Assembly (NCBI GenBank): GCA_964572375.1 | Contig: CAZNHF010000001.1 | Span: 1-52,408, forward strand | Direction: 5' to 3' | From: an uncultured bacterium | GTDB lineage: Bacteria > Joyebacterota > Joyebacteria > Joyebacterales > Joyebacteraceae | Length of the DNA: 52,408 nt | Shown here: piece after piece, positions 17,895-26,628 of the stretch | Layout: the number at the start of each line of letters is the position of its first letter | How positions within the stretch are numbered: the first letter of the stretch is position 1 | Notes under the pieces: model-generated | Told to the model about the DNA's origin: nothing | The model's input: the letters and a program-made list of their open reading frames with translations, nothing else | The model's database searches: none | Made by a program: the position numbers and the translations under genes

Positions 17895-18202
17895 GCGATC
17901 CCCACCCCCGCCTTCTCCAGGTCACCGGACTCGCCCGCATCGAGTTCGGACGTCCCGGTCAGCGTCGCGACCAGCCCCTCCGCGATACGGGTCGCCACGG
18001 CGTCGTTCGGATGATGCTTGAGCCGCTCCACGAGCGCATGAAGCAGCGTCACGGTGGTGATGTCCTCCCCAGTCGCGCGATGCTCCACGCGTACATGCTC
18101 ACCCGCAAGAACAACGTCTGCGAGGTCGAGGAGCGTTATCGCCCGTCCCCTGCGCGTGTCGTACAGCCGACGGTTCGAGTACTTATGAATGAATCTCGGC
18201 AT
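17891..18202 (-). CDS. PhaR-like DNA-binding protein (PHB/PHA accumulation regulator N-terminal domain only)
   Basis: 103 aa from ATG 18202 (GGAG SD). IHKYSNRRLYDTRRGRAITLLDL matches the PhaR N-domain signature. Its stop overlaps the start of the MFS fusion (ATGA). Confidence 0.72.
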   Translation of the reverse strand: MPRFIHKYSNRRLYDTRRGRAITLLDLADVVLAGEHVRVEHRATGEDITTVTLLHALVERLKHHPNDAVATRIAEGLVATLTGTSELDAGESGDLEKAGVGIA

Positions 18203-18232
18203 GAGCTCCAATCATATATGGTTTTTAGACGT

Positions 18233-18247
18233 TTGTGCGGCGCACAA
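18233..18247. promoter_or_regulatory. Perfect palindrome TTGTGCG-G-CGCACAA, candidate operator
   Basis: 7-bp inverted half-sites immediately downstream of the predicted -10 element, 31-45 nt upstream of the PhaR-like start. Confidence 0.4.
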
Positions 18248-18249
18248 TT

Positions 18250-18278
18250 ACAATAGAAGGACGGCTGCCCACCGTCAA
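18250..18278 (-). promoter_or_regulatory. Putative promoter TTGACG-N17-TATTGT for the PhaR-like/MFS-acyltransferase/GT4 operon
   Basis: The reverse complement of 18273-18278 is TTGACG and of 18250-18255 is TATTGT, in an AT-rich gap. Confidence 0.45.
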
Positions 18279-18327
18279 GCCTTTTCCTCCTACATAGTTT
18301 GGGCAATCAGAGAAGCCCGAGTTCCCG

Positions 18328-20307
18328 TCATGCGCCCTCTCGCCGCCCCTTCGTCGCCCGCACGAGCGACCAGGTCAGGAGGGCGAACATCGCGATACCC
18401 ACCAGGCTGTCGTACCCCCCTGCCCACGAGCTTCCCAGCGAGATACGCTCGGTAAGACCAATATTGTCGAACCAGGCCACGACAAGTCCTACGAGCGCCC
18501 CTCCGGCGATAAGACCGGAGCTCATCAGCACCCCGTTCTCGCGCCGATCCTGTCGAACACGCTCGTCTCTCACGCGTTCGGCGAAGAGACGCACGAGTCC
18601 TCCGACCATGATCGGCGTCGAGAGTCGGATGGGCAGGTAGAGACCTACGGCGAACGGCAGCGACGGCACACCGAGCAGTTCGACACACGCAGCGAGCAGC
18701 GCGCCGATGAGGACGAGCGTCCACGGCAGCGACATCGTGAGCACGCCCTTGACGACCATCGACATCAGCACGGCCTGCGGCGCCGGAAGCTCCTCGGAGC
18801 CAATACCGTAGGTCTCGTGCAGGAAGAGAACGACCCATCCGATGAAGATCGCCGAGGAGAGCACGCCGATCACCTCACCGATCTGCTGGCGCCACGGCGT
18901 GGCGCCGATGAGGAATCCGGTCTTGAGGTCCTGAGACGTGTCGGACGAGATGCAGATGGCGATGCAGACGACGGCGCCGACGGTGATCGCTCCGACCATT
19001 CCGGCGGGCCCCGTCCACCCCATCGCGAGGAAGATGACGCTCGTCCCGAGAAGGGTAGCGATCGTCATTCCGGACGCCGGCATCGATGAACTGCCGACAA
19101 GGCCGACGATGCGGGAGGCGACCGTAACGAAGAAGAAGCTGAAGACCACGATGAGAAGCGCACCGAGCGCGTTGACGGGCACGCCCGGAGCGAGCCACGT
19201 CACAAGCCCGAGAACGATGGCGCCACCCGCAACGTACTTGAGCGGCAGATCGATGGTCGTCCGCTTCCGGCAGCCATCCTCACTCTCGCCGGCTGCGTCA
19301 CCCGTAGCGCCCGCACCAGCCGGCGATGCCGCAGACCCGCGCCGCCCCAGCATCTCCCGGAACGCCTCGCCGAACGAACTTGCCATCGTCGGGATCGCGC
19401 GGATGAGCGTCACGATGCCGCCGAAGGCTACTGCCCCCGCACCGATGTAGCGGATGTAGTTGTTCCAGATGTCACCCGGTCCCATCGTGGAGATAGGGAC
19501 CTCTGCAGGGAAGATGGGCGTCTGCATTCCATCGCCGAACAGCTTGATCATCGGGATCAGCACGAGCCAGCCCACGGCGCCGCCCGCAAACATCACGCCG
19601 GCGATGCGCGGGCCGATCACAAAACCGACTCCGAGGAGCGCGGCCTTGAGATCCCCCCCGATCGTGGCGCCGCTCGCTCCTCGGAAGCTCCAGGAGGCGC
19701 GGTCCGGCCAGAGCCCGAGACCCTGCATGAGGAATGTGTATACGGCGCCGAGTCCAACGCCGGTCATGACCCGTCGGATGCCTTCGCCGCCCGTGTCTCC
19801 CGCGACGAGGACCTCGGCACACGCCGTCCCCTCGGGAAACGGAAGAGTGCCGTGCTCCCGAACCACGAGGTACTTGCGGAGCGGGATCATGAAGAGGACA
19901 CCAAGGAGCCCACCCACGACGGAGAGTATGAAGATGCGCGAGATCTGTGGCATGAAGCCGAGCACGATGAGCGCGGGGATCGTGAAGATGATCCCGCCGG
20001 CGAGCGACTCGCCGGCCGAACCCACGGTCTGAACCATGTTGTTCTCGAGCACCGACGCTCGCCGACCGAACGCCCGGGTCAGCGCCACCGCGATGACGGC
20101 CGCCGGAATCGACGCCGAGACCGTGATGCCGACCTGAAGCCCCAGATACGCGTTCGCCGCGCCGAACACTATACCGACGAGCACGCCAAGGAGGATCGAC
20201 CGCAGTGTAAACTCCGGCATGCTTGCCGAGTGATGGACGTACGGATCGTATTCCTCGCCACGGCATCCGCCATACGCCTTCGGCCCCAGACAACGCTTCT
20301 CGCTCAT
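18328..20307 (-). CDS. OPT-family oligopeptide transporter
   Basis: 659 aa and polytopic. FTLRSILLGVLVGIVFGAANAYLGLQVGITVSASIPAAVI is typical of the OPT superfamily. Confidence 0.88.
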   Translation of the reverse strand: MSEKRCLGPKAYGGCRGEEYDPYVHHSASMPEFTLRSILLGVLVGIVFGAANAYLGLQVGITVSASIPAAVIAVALTRAFGRRASVLENNMVQTVGSAGESLAGGIIFTIPALIVLGFMPQISRIFILSVVGGLLGVLFMIPLRKYLVVREHGTLPFPEGTACAEVLVAGDTGGEGIRRVMTGVGLGAVYTFLMQGLGLWPDRASWSFRGASGATIGGDLKAALLGVGFVIGPRIAGVMFAGGAVGWLVLIPMIKLFGDGMQTPIFPAEVPISTMGPGDIWNNYIRYIGAGAVAFGGIVTLIRAIPTMASSFGEAFREMLGRRGSAASPAGAGATGDAAGESEDGCRKRTTIDLPLKYVAGGAIVLGLVTWLAPGVPVNALGALLIVVFSFFFVTVASRIVGLVGSSSMPASGMTIATLLGTSVIFLAMGWTGPAGMVGAITVGAVVCIAICISSDTSQDLKTGFLIGATPWRQQIGEVIGVLSSAIFIGWVVLFLHETYGIGSEELPAPQAVLMSMVVKGVLTMSLPWTLVLIGALLAACVELLGVPSLPFAVGLYLPIRLSTPIMVGGLVRLFAERVRDERVRQDRRENGVLMSSGLIAGGALVGLVVAWFDNIGLTERISLGSSWAGGYDSLVGIAMFALLTWSLVRATKGRREGA

Positions 20308-20414
20308 GTCATCTCCCCCCCGTTCGCTGCGTCGTTCACGCCATGCCGCGTGTGGCCTCTTCGCGTCGTGCTCCGTCCGACGTTCACGCCGTGGTCCGCA
20401 CCGCGCGTCGTATC

Positions 20415-21452
20415 CTATCGTCCTTCAGGCAGGACCAGGATCAGCGAATCGATCGCCGCCCTGGCCTCCTCGTGTTCCGCCTCTATGGTGAGAGCCGTCT
20501 CCCAGCTCGACCGCGCCGCTTCGAGATCGCCCCGGCGCTCCTCGATCATGCCAATGCGCCAGTGCGCGGACGCAAGCCGGTGCTCGTCGGGACGCTTCTC
20601 CGCGGCGATCAGATCGATGGCTATCCGGAACCACTGCTCCGCCTCGTCGAGGTCCTCGCCCAGCATCAGGTAGGCCTTCCCGAGTTGATACGGAGACTCC
20701 CACGCGTCCGGCGCGAGACGGAAGATCCGTTTCCCGACCGGGACGGCCTTCTCGTACTGCTCGGACCGCATGTAGTACATCCCAAGCGCGCCCCAGCCGT
20801 CAGGGTTCGTCGTGTCGACTTTTGCGGCGGCGACGTAGGCCACCTCCGTGCCGGCCGCATCCTCTGCCGTCTCCGCAAGGAACGCGTCGGCGATGTGCCC
20901 CATGAACTCGTCGAGTCCGGAGATCGTCCCGGCGGTCTCCGCCGCCTTCTCCGGGCTGCCGCCCATCAGTCCCGGCGCCATCGCGTAGTACTGCAGAAGC
21001 CCCATGTGAGCGTCGATGTTCGACGGATCGAGATCCACGGCCGTCTCGCACTCCTTCTTGAACTTCCCGACGTAGAACATCGAAGAGAACCCGCCCTGCA
21101 TTATCCTGGTGCCGTAGCCGTACGCGAGGGTCAGGTGATAGTCGGAGTTCCTGCGGTCCCGCTTGACGGCCTTCCGCGCGTAGTCGATGGCGAAGTCCGC
21201 ATCGCCGCGGACGAGGCCGATAGTCGCCATGCCGTTGAGCGCCCGGTGATCGCCGCCATCGATATCGAGCATTGCCTTGTACAACCCCTCGGCCACGTCG
21301 ACGTCGCCGGAGCCGAGCGCGCGTCCGGCTCGTGCGAAGAGCGTGTCGGGCTGGGCGACCTCGGCCGCAGCCCCGAGCGAGAGCAACAGAGCGAGGACGG
21401 CGAACGCCAGGACCGGACGACGGTGGCGGTTCGGAGACAGGGCATGCGACAT
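20415..21452 (-). CDS. Secreted tetratricopeptide-repeat protein
   Basis: 345 aa from ATG 21452 (AGGAGG SD). It has a signal peptide VLAFAVLALLLSLGAAA and repeated TPR-like A/Y/G helices. The longer ORF-track start at 21713 is not supported. Confidence 0.78.
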   Translation of the reverse strand: MSHALSPNRHRRPVLAFAVLALLLSLGAAAEVAQPDTLFARAGRALGSGDVDVAEGLYKAMLDIDGGDHRALNGMATIGLVRGDADFAIDYARKAVKRDRRNSDYHLTLAYGYGTRIMQGGFSSMFYVGKFKKECETAVDLDPSNIDAHMGLLQYYAMAPGLMGGSPEKAAETAGTISGLDEFMGHIADAFLAETAEDAAGTEVAYVAAAKVDTTNPDGWGALGMYYMRSEQYEKAVPVGKRIFRLAPDAWESPYQLGKAYLMLGEDLDEAEQWFRIAIDLIAAEKRPDEHRLASAHWRIGMIEERRGDLEAARSSWETALTIEAEHEEARAAIDSLILVLPEGR

Positions 21453-21508
21453 CGGGTACCTCCTGAATCGTCTGACGTGATGTGGTCGGAGCGTGGACGC
21501 GCCGCCGT

Positions 21509-22405
21509 TCAACCCCGGGATTCCGGTTCTGCCGCCCGTGTTTCCCACGAGACGAGAAGCACCGCACACACTATGAGCGCCGCGCCGGCCATGGCCCCGG
21601 GCGACAGCCGCTCGCCGAAGATGACCGCCGCCAGCGCGAGTGCGAAGACGATCTCGATGAGCAGGATCACACAGGAACTCGTGGCGGAGATCGACTTCAA
21701 ACCCCACGACCACAACAGAAACGGAAGCACCGTGCAGAAGACGGCCGTGTATCCCACCACCCAGAGTCTCGCATCGAACGGCGGCGGACCGCCGCGGCCC
21801 AGCATCAAGGCCGCCGGCAGCACAGTCACCGATGTCAGCGTCACCATCGCTGCCGTGAGCGCCCGGATATCAACGTTGCCCGACGCTATGATCTTCTTGT
21901 CCAGAAGGATGAAAGCGGTCCAGATGATCGCCGCCGCGAAGACAAGCACGTCACCGGTGAACTCCGGCCCCGGCGCGATTCGGAAGGAACCTCCTGTCGT
22001 CACGAGAATGACCCCGAGCATGCCCAGTGCGACACCGGCGATCTTCGCCGGTGTAAGACGTTCTCGGAAGACGAAGCGCGATGCGATGGCAACGAGGATA
22101 GTGCTGCTGTTTACGAGGAGTGCCGCCTTCCCGGCCGTCGTCAGCGTCTGTCCCTGGAACTGCATCGCGAACCCGATGCCGTTGGACACGCCAAGCCATA
22201 TGACGAGTGGATCTCTGAGCAGCCGGCCGACGGCGAGAAGCCTCCCTGTCAGCGCCGCGTACGTCACGGCGATGACGGCCGCCGTCGCAAATCGGAGGAA
22301 GACGAACCAGTATGGATCGATGGAGCGAAGCCCGTGCTTCACGACGACGAACGACGACCCCCACAGGAGCCCTGCGAGCACGGTCGCGAAGACGGGGCCT
22401 CTCAT
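21509..22405 (-). CDS. EamA/DMT-family transporter
   Basis: 298 aa from ATG 22405, with ten hydrophobic segments and the N-terminal LLWGSSFVVVKHGL motif. Confidence 0.82.
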   Translation of the reverse strand: MRGPVFATVLAGLLWGSSFVVVKHGLRSIDPYWFVFLRFATAAVIAVTYAALTGRLLAVGRLLRDPLVIWLGVSNGIGFAMQFQGQTLTTAGKAALLVNSSTILVAIASRFVFRERLTPAKIAGVALGMLGVILVTTGGSFRIAPGPEFTGDVLVFAAAIIWTAFILLDKKIIASGNVDIRALTAAMVTLTSVTVLPAALMLGRGGPPPFDARLWVVGYTAVFCTVLPFLLWSWGLKSISATSSCVILLIEIVFALALAAVIFGERLSPGAMAGAALIVCAVLLVSWETRAAEPESRG

Positions 22406-22501
22406 GTGACGCAACCGGGCCTCCCCCGCCCTGCGCGGACGGCGCCAACACGAGTGCCGCAACGTTGACCCGCGGCACACGGGTCAAAACGGACGCTCAT
22501 G

Positions 22502-23710
22502 CTACAAGAGCACGATTGCGATGGCAACGACCATGATAAGGAGGAGCGGGAGCGCCATCATCCTGTAGAACCGCGAGAAGCTCGCGCCGAAGTGGGTCCG
22601 CGCAAGGACGAGGCAAAGATGGACCGGAGAGATGAGACAACCGACGAAACCTGAGCCGAGGGCGAGCATGACCAGCTGCATGTCCGGCTCTGGCGAGCCG
22701 AAGAGCGGCATGAGGAGCGGGAAGGTCACGCCGACGTAGGCGAGCGTGACACCGGTGATCAACCCGATGAGCATCGGGACGGCGATGATGACGGCGAGCT
22801 CCGGCATCTGCATCTGGATGAGGAACTCCGGGACCGACTCACGGATACCGGTCGCGATGAGGAGGTGCTTGTATGCGGCCACGCCGAAGACGAGCGTGAT
22901 AATCTGGGGCTCGACGCCTCGGCGGAGCGATGTGAAGACATCCTTGACCTTCGCCCGCTCGAAGATCGCGAGCATGATGATCACCGCGAGCACGACGAGG
23001 ATGAGCTCGATCTTGAGGACGAGGGCGCCGGTGATGACGATCGCGAACGGGAGGACACCCTTGAAGAGCTCGGGCCACGCGCGCCGTCTCCCCTCCGGGG
23101 ATGTCTCGTTGCGTCCCGCTCTGACGTGTCGCAGAACGAAGAACGCCCCGCCGACGATCGCGGCCAGCGTCAGCGGCCAGCCCGCCAGGAAGACATCGGC
23201 CACCGGCCGACCGATGAGCGTCGCCGTGAAGACAACGCCCGGGTAGAGGGGCCAGATATACTCCCAGACGTGCCGGAACCAGTAGCTGATAAACAGGAGC
23301 TGCTCGGGAGAGACGTCGTCGTCCTTGAGCGCGCTGCCAACCATTGGCGCGGTCAGCATCGTCCCGCCGGGCATCGGCAGGAGCCCGCCGAACGCCGGGA
23401 TGAGCGCAACGACGATCCGATTGTCGCGAATCAGCTTCTTGAGACCGGAGACGAGGTGGTCGAGATACCCAAGCTTCCCGGCCAGCCCGCCCAGCGCGAG
23501 GATGACAGCGATCCGGCCGAACAGGAGCAGCGTGTCTCTCTCAATGGCCGCGGTCCAGATCTCTGAGGCCGTCCATTTCGGCGCGAACCCAGCGCCGAGC
23601 GCCATCGTGGATGCACCCGCGAGCATCGCGACGCCGAGGTCAACGCGGAACCGCACGAGAATGATGATGAGGACAATCGATGCCGTCAGCGCGAGGATGT
23701 CCCTCTCCAT
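22502..23710 (-). CDS. Polytopic membrane protein, DUF401-like / ion-transporter superfamily
   Basis: 402 aa and highly hydrophobic. Family assignment is from memory only. Confidence 0.65.
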   Translation of the reverse strand: MERDILALTASIVLIIILVRFRVDLGVAMLAGASTMALGAGFAPKWTASEIWTAAIERDTLLLFGRIAVILALGGLAGKLGYLDHLVSGLKKLIRDNRIVVALIPAFGGLLPMPGGTMLTAPMVGSALKDDDVSPEQLLFISYWFRHVWEYIWPLYPGVVFTATLIGRPVADVFLAGWPLTLAAIVGGAFFVLRHVRAGRNETSPEGRRRAWPELFKGVLPFAIVITGALVLKIELILVVLAVIIMLAIFERAKVKDVFTSLRRGVEPQIITLVFGVAAYKHLLIATGIRESVPEFLIQMQMPELAVIIAVPMLIGLITGVTLAYVGVTFPLLMPLFGSPEPDMQLVMLALGSGFVGCLISPVHLCLVLARTHFGASFSRFYRMMALPLLLIMVVAIAIVLL

Positions 23711-23729
23711 GTCGATCGCTCCCCGGGTG

Positions 23730-24545
23730 CTACTCGAGTTCCGAAAGGGCGAGGTTCATCCGAACCATGTCGTCGCGCCACTTGTAGAAGCTCTCCGTGT
23801 ACGTCACGAGCGAGATGAACTGCGCCAGGTTCTCAACGCCGCGTTCTTCCATGTGCTTCCTGAGCGCGGAATCCTCCGGCAGATTCTCCTTCCAGTCCTG
23901 GAAGTACTCCTCCTTCTCGGCGAAGTGAGCGATGAGCGCATCATCGGTCGCATCGTGGTAGCGCTCCTCATGCACCACGGCCTCGAGAGGAAGCGATGGC
24001 GCGAGCGGCGGACGCTCCGCGGGATGACCGAGCAGCAGCATGGCGGCCGGTAGCACGCCCTTCGGGAGCGAGAAGAACTCGAGCGTCGTGTACGGCTGCC
24101 AGACGATCTCCTGCACATACTGCGACCCGAGTCCGAGCGACTCGGCCGCAATCACGGCGTTCTGCGCGGCCGTGTAGACAGCGCGGAGCGCGACCCAGAG
24201 CACACCGATCCCCTTGAAGTGCGCGGTCCCGCCCTGAAGCTCGGCCCAGCGGTTCATACGATGCGTGTCGACACAGAACAGAACCGAGACGGGCGCCTGC
24301 TCGATGCACTTCTTCCGTCCCTCACACAGCATCTGGTTGAGCTTCTTCCTCCGGTCGAGGTCACGCACGACGATGATCGAGTAGAGCTGCGATCCGCGGT
24401 ACCCGCCCGTCAGCGTCCCTCCCGGAGCCGACGCCCTGAGCGCCGCCGTGAGAACCTGATCAAGGGTCTCCTGTGTCACCTGTTCGTCCGTGAACTGAAC
24501 GATGCTCCGCCTGTCGTAGATCGCCTCCAAACAACTCTTCTCCAC
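23730..24545 (-). CDS. Nitroreductase-family protein
   Basis: 271 aa. N-terminal AIYDRRSIVQFTDEQVTQETLDQVLTAALRA. GTG start with AGGAGGAG SD. Confidence 0.82.
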   Translation of the reverse strand: MEKSCLEAIYDRRSIVQFTDEQVTQETLDQVLTAALRASAPGGTLTGGYRGSQLYSIIVVRDLDRRKKLNQMLCEGRKKCIEQAPVSVLFCVDTHRMNRWAELQGGTAHFKGIGVLWVALRAVYTAAQNAVIAAESLGLGSQYVQEIVWQPYTTLEFFSLPKGVLPAAMLLLGHPAERPPLAPSLPLEAVVHEERYHDATDDALIAHFAEKEEYFQDWKENLPEDSALRKHMEERGVENLAQFISLVTYTESFYKWRDDMVRMNLALSELE

Positions 24546-24620
24546 GTCACTCCTCCTGATGTACCGGCCGGTCCAGGCCGGCGCCGCTTCTGATGATCAG
24601 CCGGGCGTCCGCGCCCGGCG

Positions 24621-25265
24621 TCAAACGTTCTGCTCCGAGATAATCTTCCTCAGCATGGTGCGCCCCCGATGCAGATGGGTCTTCAACGTCCCCATCGGAA
24701 GCCCGAGCACATCAGCAACTTCCTTGTAGCTCCTCTGCTCCAGATAGAACAGCGTGATCACAGTTCGATACTGGTCGGGCAGCTTCGTCACCGCTCCCCG
24801 GACCTGTGCCCTGAACTCCGCGTCGATGACGAGCTGGTCCGGGCGCGTACGTGTCGGCTCAACATCGATAGCCGACTCGATATGCGGACCCGCGTCAATG
24901 TCGACCTCCGGGGCACGCTTGCGGCGCCGCTTGAGATGTGTCAGCGCCCTGTTCGTTGCGATACGATAGAGCCAGCTTGAGAACTTCGCGTCGCCGCGGA
25001 ACCTCCCGATGGCGCGGTACGCTCTGACGAACGCCTCCTGTGCGGCGTCGTATGCATCTTCATCGTCCCCGAGGATGCGCGCCGCGATGGTGAAGACGTA
25101 GTCCGAGTACCGCTCGACGAGGACGGCGTACGCCCCCTCCGATCCGCCCTGGGACAGAACGACCAGCTTCTCGTCGTCGAGCGAACGCAGATCTGCGCTG
25201 TCAGGAGCAGCCATCGGCGCTCCCGGAACTGACGAGCGCACCCGCATTGCCGATTGTTTGCTCAA
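24621..25265 (-). CDS. ECF-type RNA polymerase sigma-70 family factor
   Basis: Region 2 (YAVLVERYSDYVF...AQEAFVRAYRAIGRFRGDAKFSSWLYRIATN) and region 4 (YRTVITLFYLEQRSYKEVADVLGLPMGTLKTHLHRGR). The start is uncertain: TTG 25265, ATG 25247 or ATG 25214. Confidence 0.9.
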   Translation of the reverse strand: MSKQSAMRVRSSVPGAPMAAPDSADLRSLDDEKLVVLSQGGSEGAYAVLVERYSDYVFTIAARILGDDEDAYDAAQEAFVRAYRAIGRFRGDAKFSSWLYRIATNRALTHLKRRRKRAPEVDIDAGPHIESAIDVEPTRTRPDQLVIDAEFRAQVRGAVTKLPDQYRTVITLFYLEQRSYKEVADVLGLPMGTLKTHLHRGRTMLRKIISEQNV

Positions 25266-25488
25266 TGTCAGCCGGCCGGACGGGTACGACCCGCAATGCT
25301 AGCAGAACTGGGTCTGAATCCAAGATGTTTTCGGAGCGAAACCTCACCGCCCTATCCGCGGTCATAGGATGCGACAGGGAGACGAACTGAAGGTCCGTCA
25401 GTGACTGAACGCGGCGGGTCGGACCCCCGGCACGAGCAGGACCGGGGCCCGGTCGCAGAGGCGGCAAAGGCCGCAGGAGGACGTTGGG

Positions 25489-25944
25489 ATGAACGCAGTA
25501 GAAGCGTCGTTCGGGGTCCTGATGGGACTCATCAGCATCAGCTCGACGGTGGTCATCATCATGCTCATCGTCAGAGCGATTCAGAACCGTCAGGCCAGCC
25601 GCGAGCGGATGTTCACGGCCGCGCTCGAGAAGGGCGTCTACGATCCCAGGATCATGAACCCGAGGTCTGCCAGCAGCGGCGCGGCGTCGCTCGGATGGGG
25701 CATCTTCTTCGCGATGGTCGGTATCGCGCTTCTGATCGGATTCGGCGTGCTCGGCATCATCAGCGAGGCCGCGCTCGGGGGTCTGATCCCGCTCGCCATC
25801 GGTATCGGGCTCATCGCGTTCCACGTTATCATGAAGCGCGGCCAGAAGGACATCGAGCATAATGGCGATCCGATCCAGTTCGAGCCGAAGGCCACACCGC
25901 CGACCGTGGCGACGAAGGAAGATCACGGAAACTTCGGAGGCTAG
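25489..25944 (+). CDS. Small membrane protein (3-4 TM), unknown function
   Basis: 151 aa with a GC3-rich frame and AGGAGGA SD 7 nt upstream of ATG. It is the only plus-strand gene inside about 20 kb of minus-strand genes. Confidence 0.65.
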   Translation: MNAVEASFGVLMGLISISSTVVIIMLIVRAIQNRQASRERMFTAALEKGVYDPRIMNPRSASSGAASLGWGIFFAMVGIALLIGFGVLGIISEAALGGLIPLAIGIGLIAFHVIMKRGQKDIEHNGDPIQFEPKATPPTVATKEDHGNFGG

Positions 25945-26507
25945 CGAGAGAGGACGCGGCGTCGGTCGAGGGAGAATTCCTTCGAGAGCCTGAGCGCCGA
26001 GACCGCGAGGAAGGCGGCGCCGACAGCAGCGAGCGCCCAGATGACACCAACAGCGACATCGCCCGGCTGGAAGGTCCGCACGACCTCCACGCCGGGCGAA
26101 GTCGTTGCGGCCGAGGCAAGACTGTCGAACCAGGCATTGGCGACGGAGATGAATCGGCCGACGGGACCCGTGACCCCGGCCAGTGCGCCGGTCCTTATGA
26201 GCGTGGTCACGACAGCGACGCTGCCGAGGACAGAGCCGACCGTGACGACGGCGGGCTCCAGACGGCGAGCGTCCACAGGTCGCGCGATCTCGTTCATCAC
26301 GGCCGTCGCTAACCAGGCGGGCGCCTTGTCCACAGCGGTCGCTGCGAGTGCGGCATCGATCGAACGGAGAGCCTCTCGCAGGCTCGCGCAGTCTGGACAC
26401 GAAGCGCAGTGCTCGGCGAGAGCGCTATCACTCGCGATCGCGGCGTCGAGCTCACTCTGGATGAGGTCCTCCGCGGTCCTGCAGTCCACCAGGAGACTCC
26501 TGTTCAT
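25941..26507 (-). CDS. Putative anti-sigma factor (zf-HC2) with C-terminal TM segments
   Basis: 188 aa. C-x25-H-x3-C-x2-C arrangement (CRTAEDL...EHCASCPDC) as in zf-HC2 anti-sigma factors, with hydrophobic segments downstream. Confidence 0.68.
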   Translation of the reverse strand: MNRSLLVDCRTAEDLIQSELDAAIASDSALAEHCASCPDCASLREALRSIDAALAATAVDKAPAWLATAVMNEIARPVDARRLEPAVVTVGSVLGSVAVVTTLIRTGALAGVTGPVGRFISVANAWFDSLASAATTSPGVEVVRTFQPGDVAVGVIWALAAVGAAFLAVSALRLSKEFSLDRRRVLSR

Positions 26508-26628
26508 TGTTCACAGCCAGTACGGGCGGCCCCGCAGAAGGCGGAGACCACCGGTTCATGAGACACCGGGAAGGCCGGGCGGGTTTCGGACGGATTCAGC
26601 CCCGGAGAAGGCACATCAGCCGGTCATA

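Noticed and set aside
20223-22409. 728-aa plus-strand ORF
   Set aside because: It is antisense across the TPR and EamA genes and the gap between them. The translation is low-complexity R/P/S-rich.
25201-26400. 399-aa minus-strand ORF
   Set aside because: It spans the sigma 5' end, an intergenic region and the antisense of the small membrane gene. It is arginine-rich nonsense. The plus-strand 151-aa frame has an SD, GC3 bias and TM segments.
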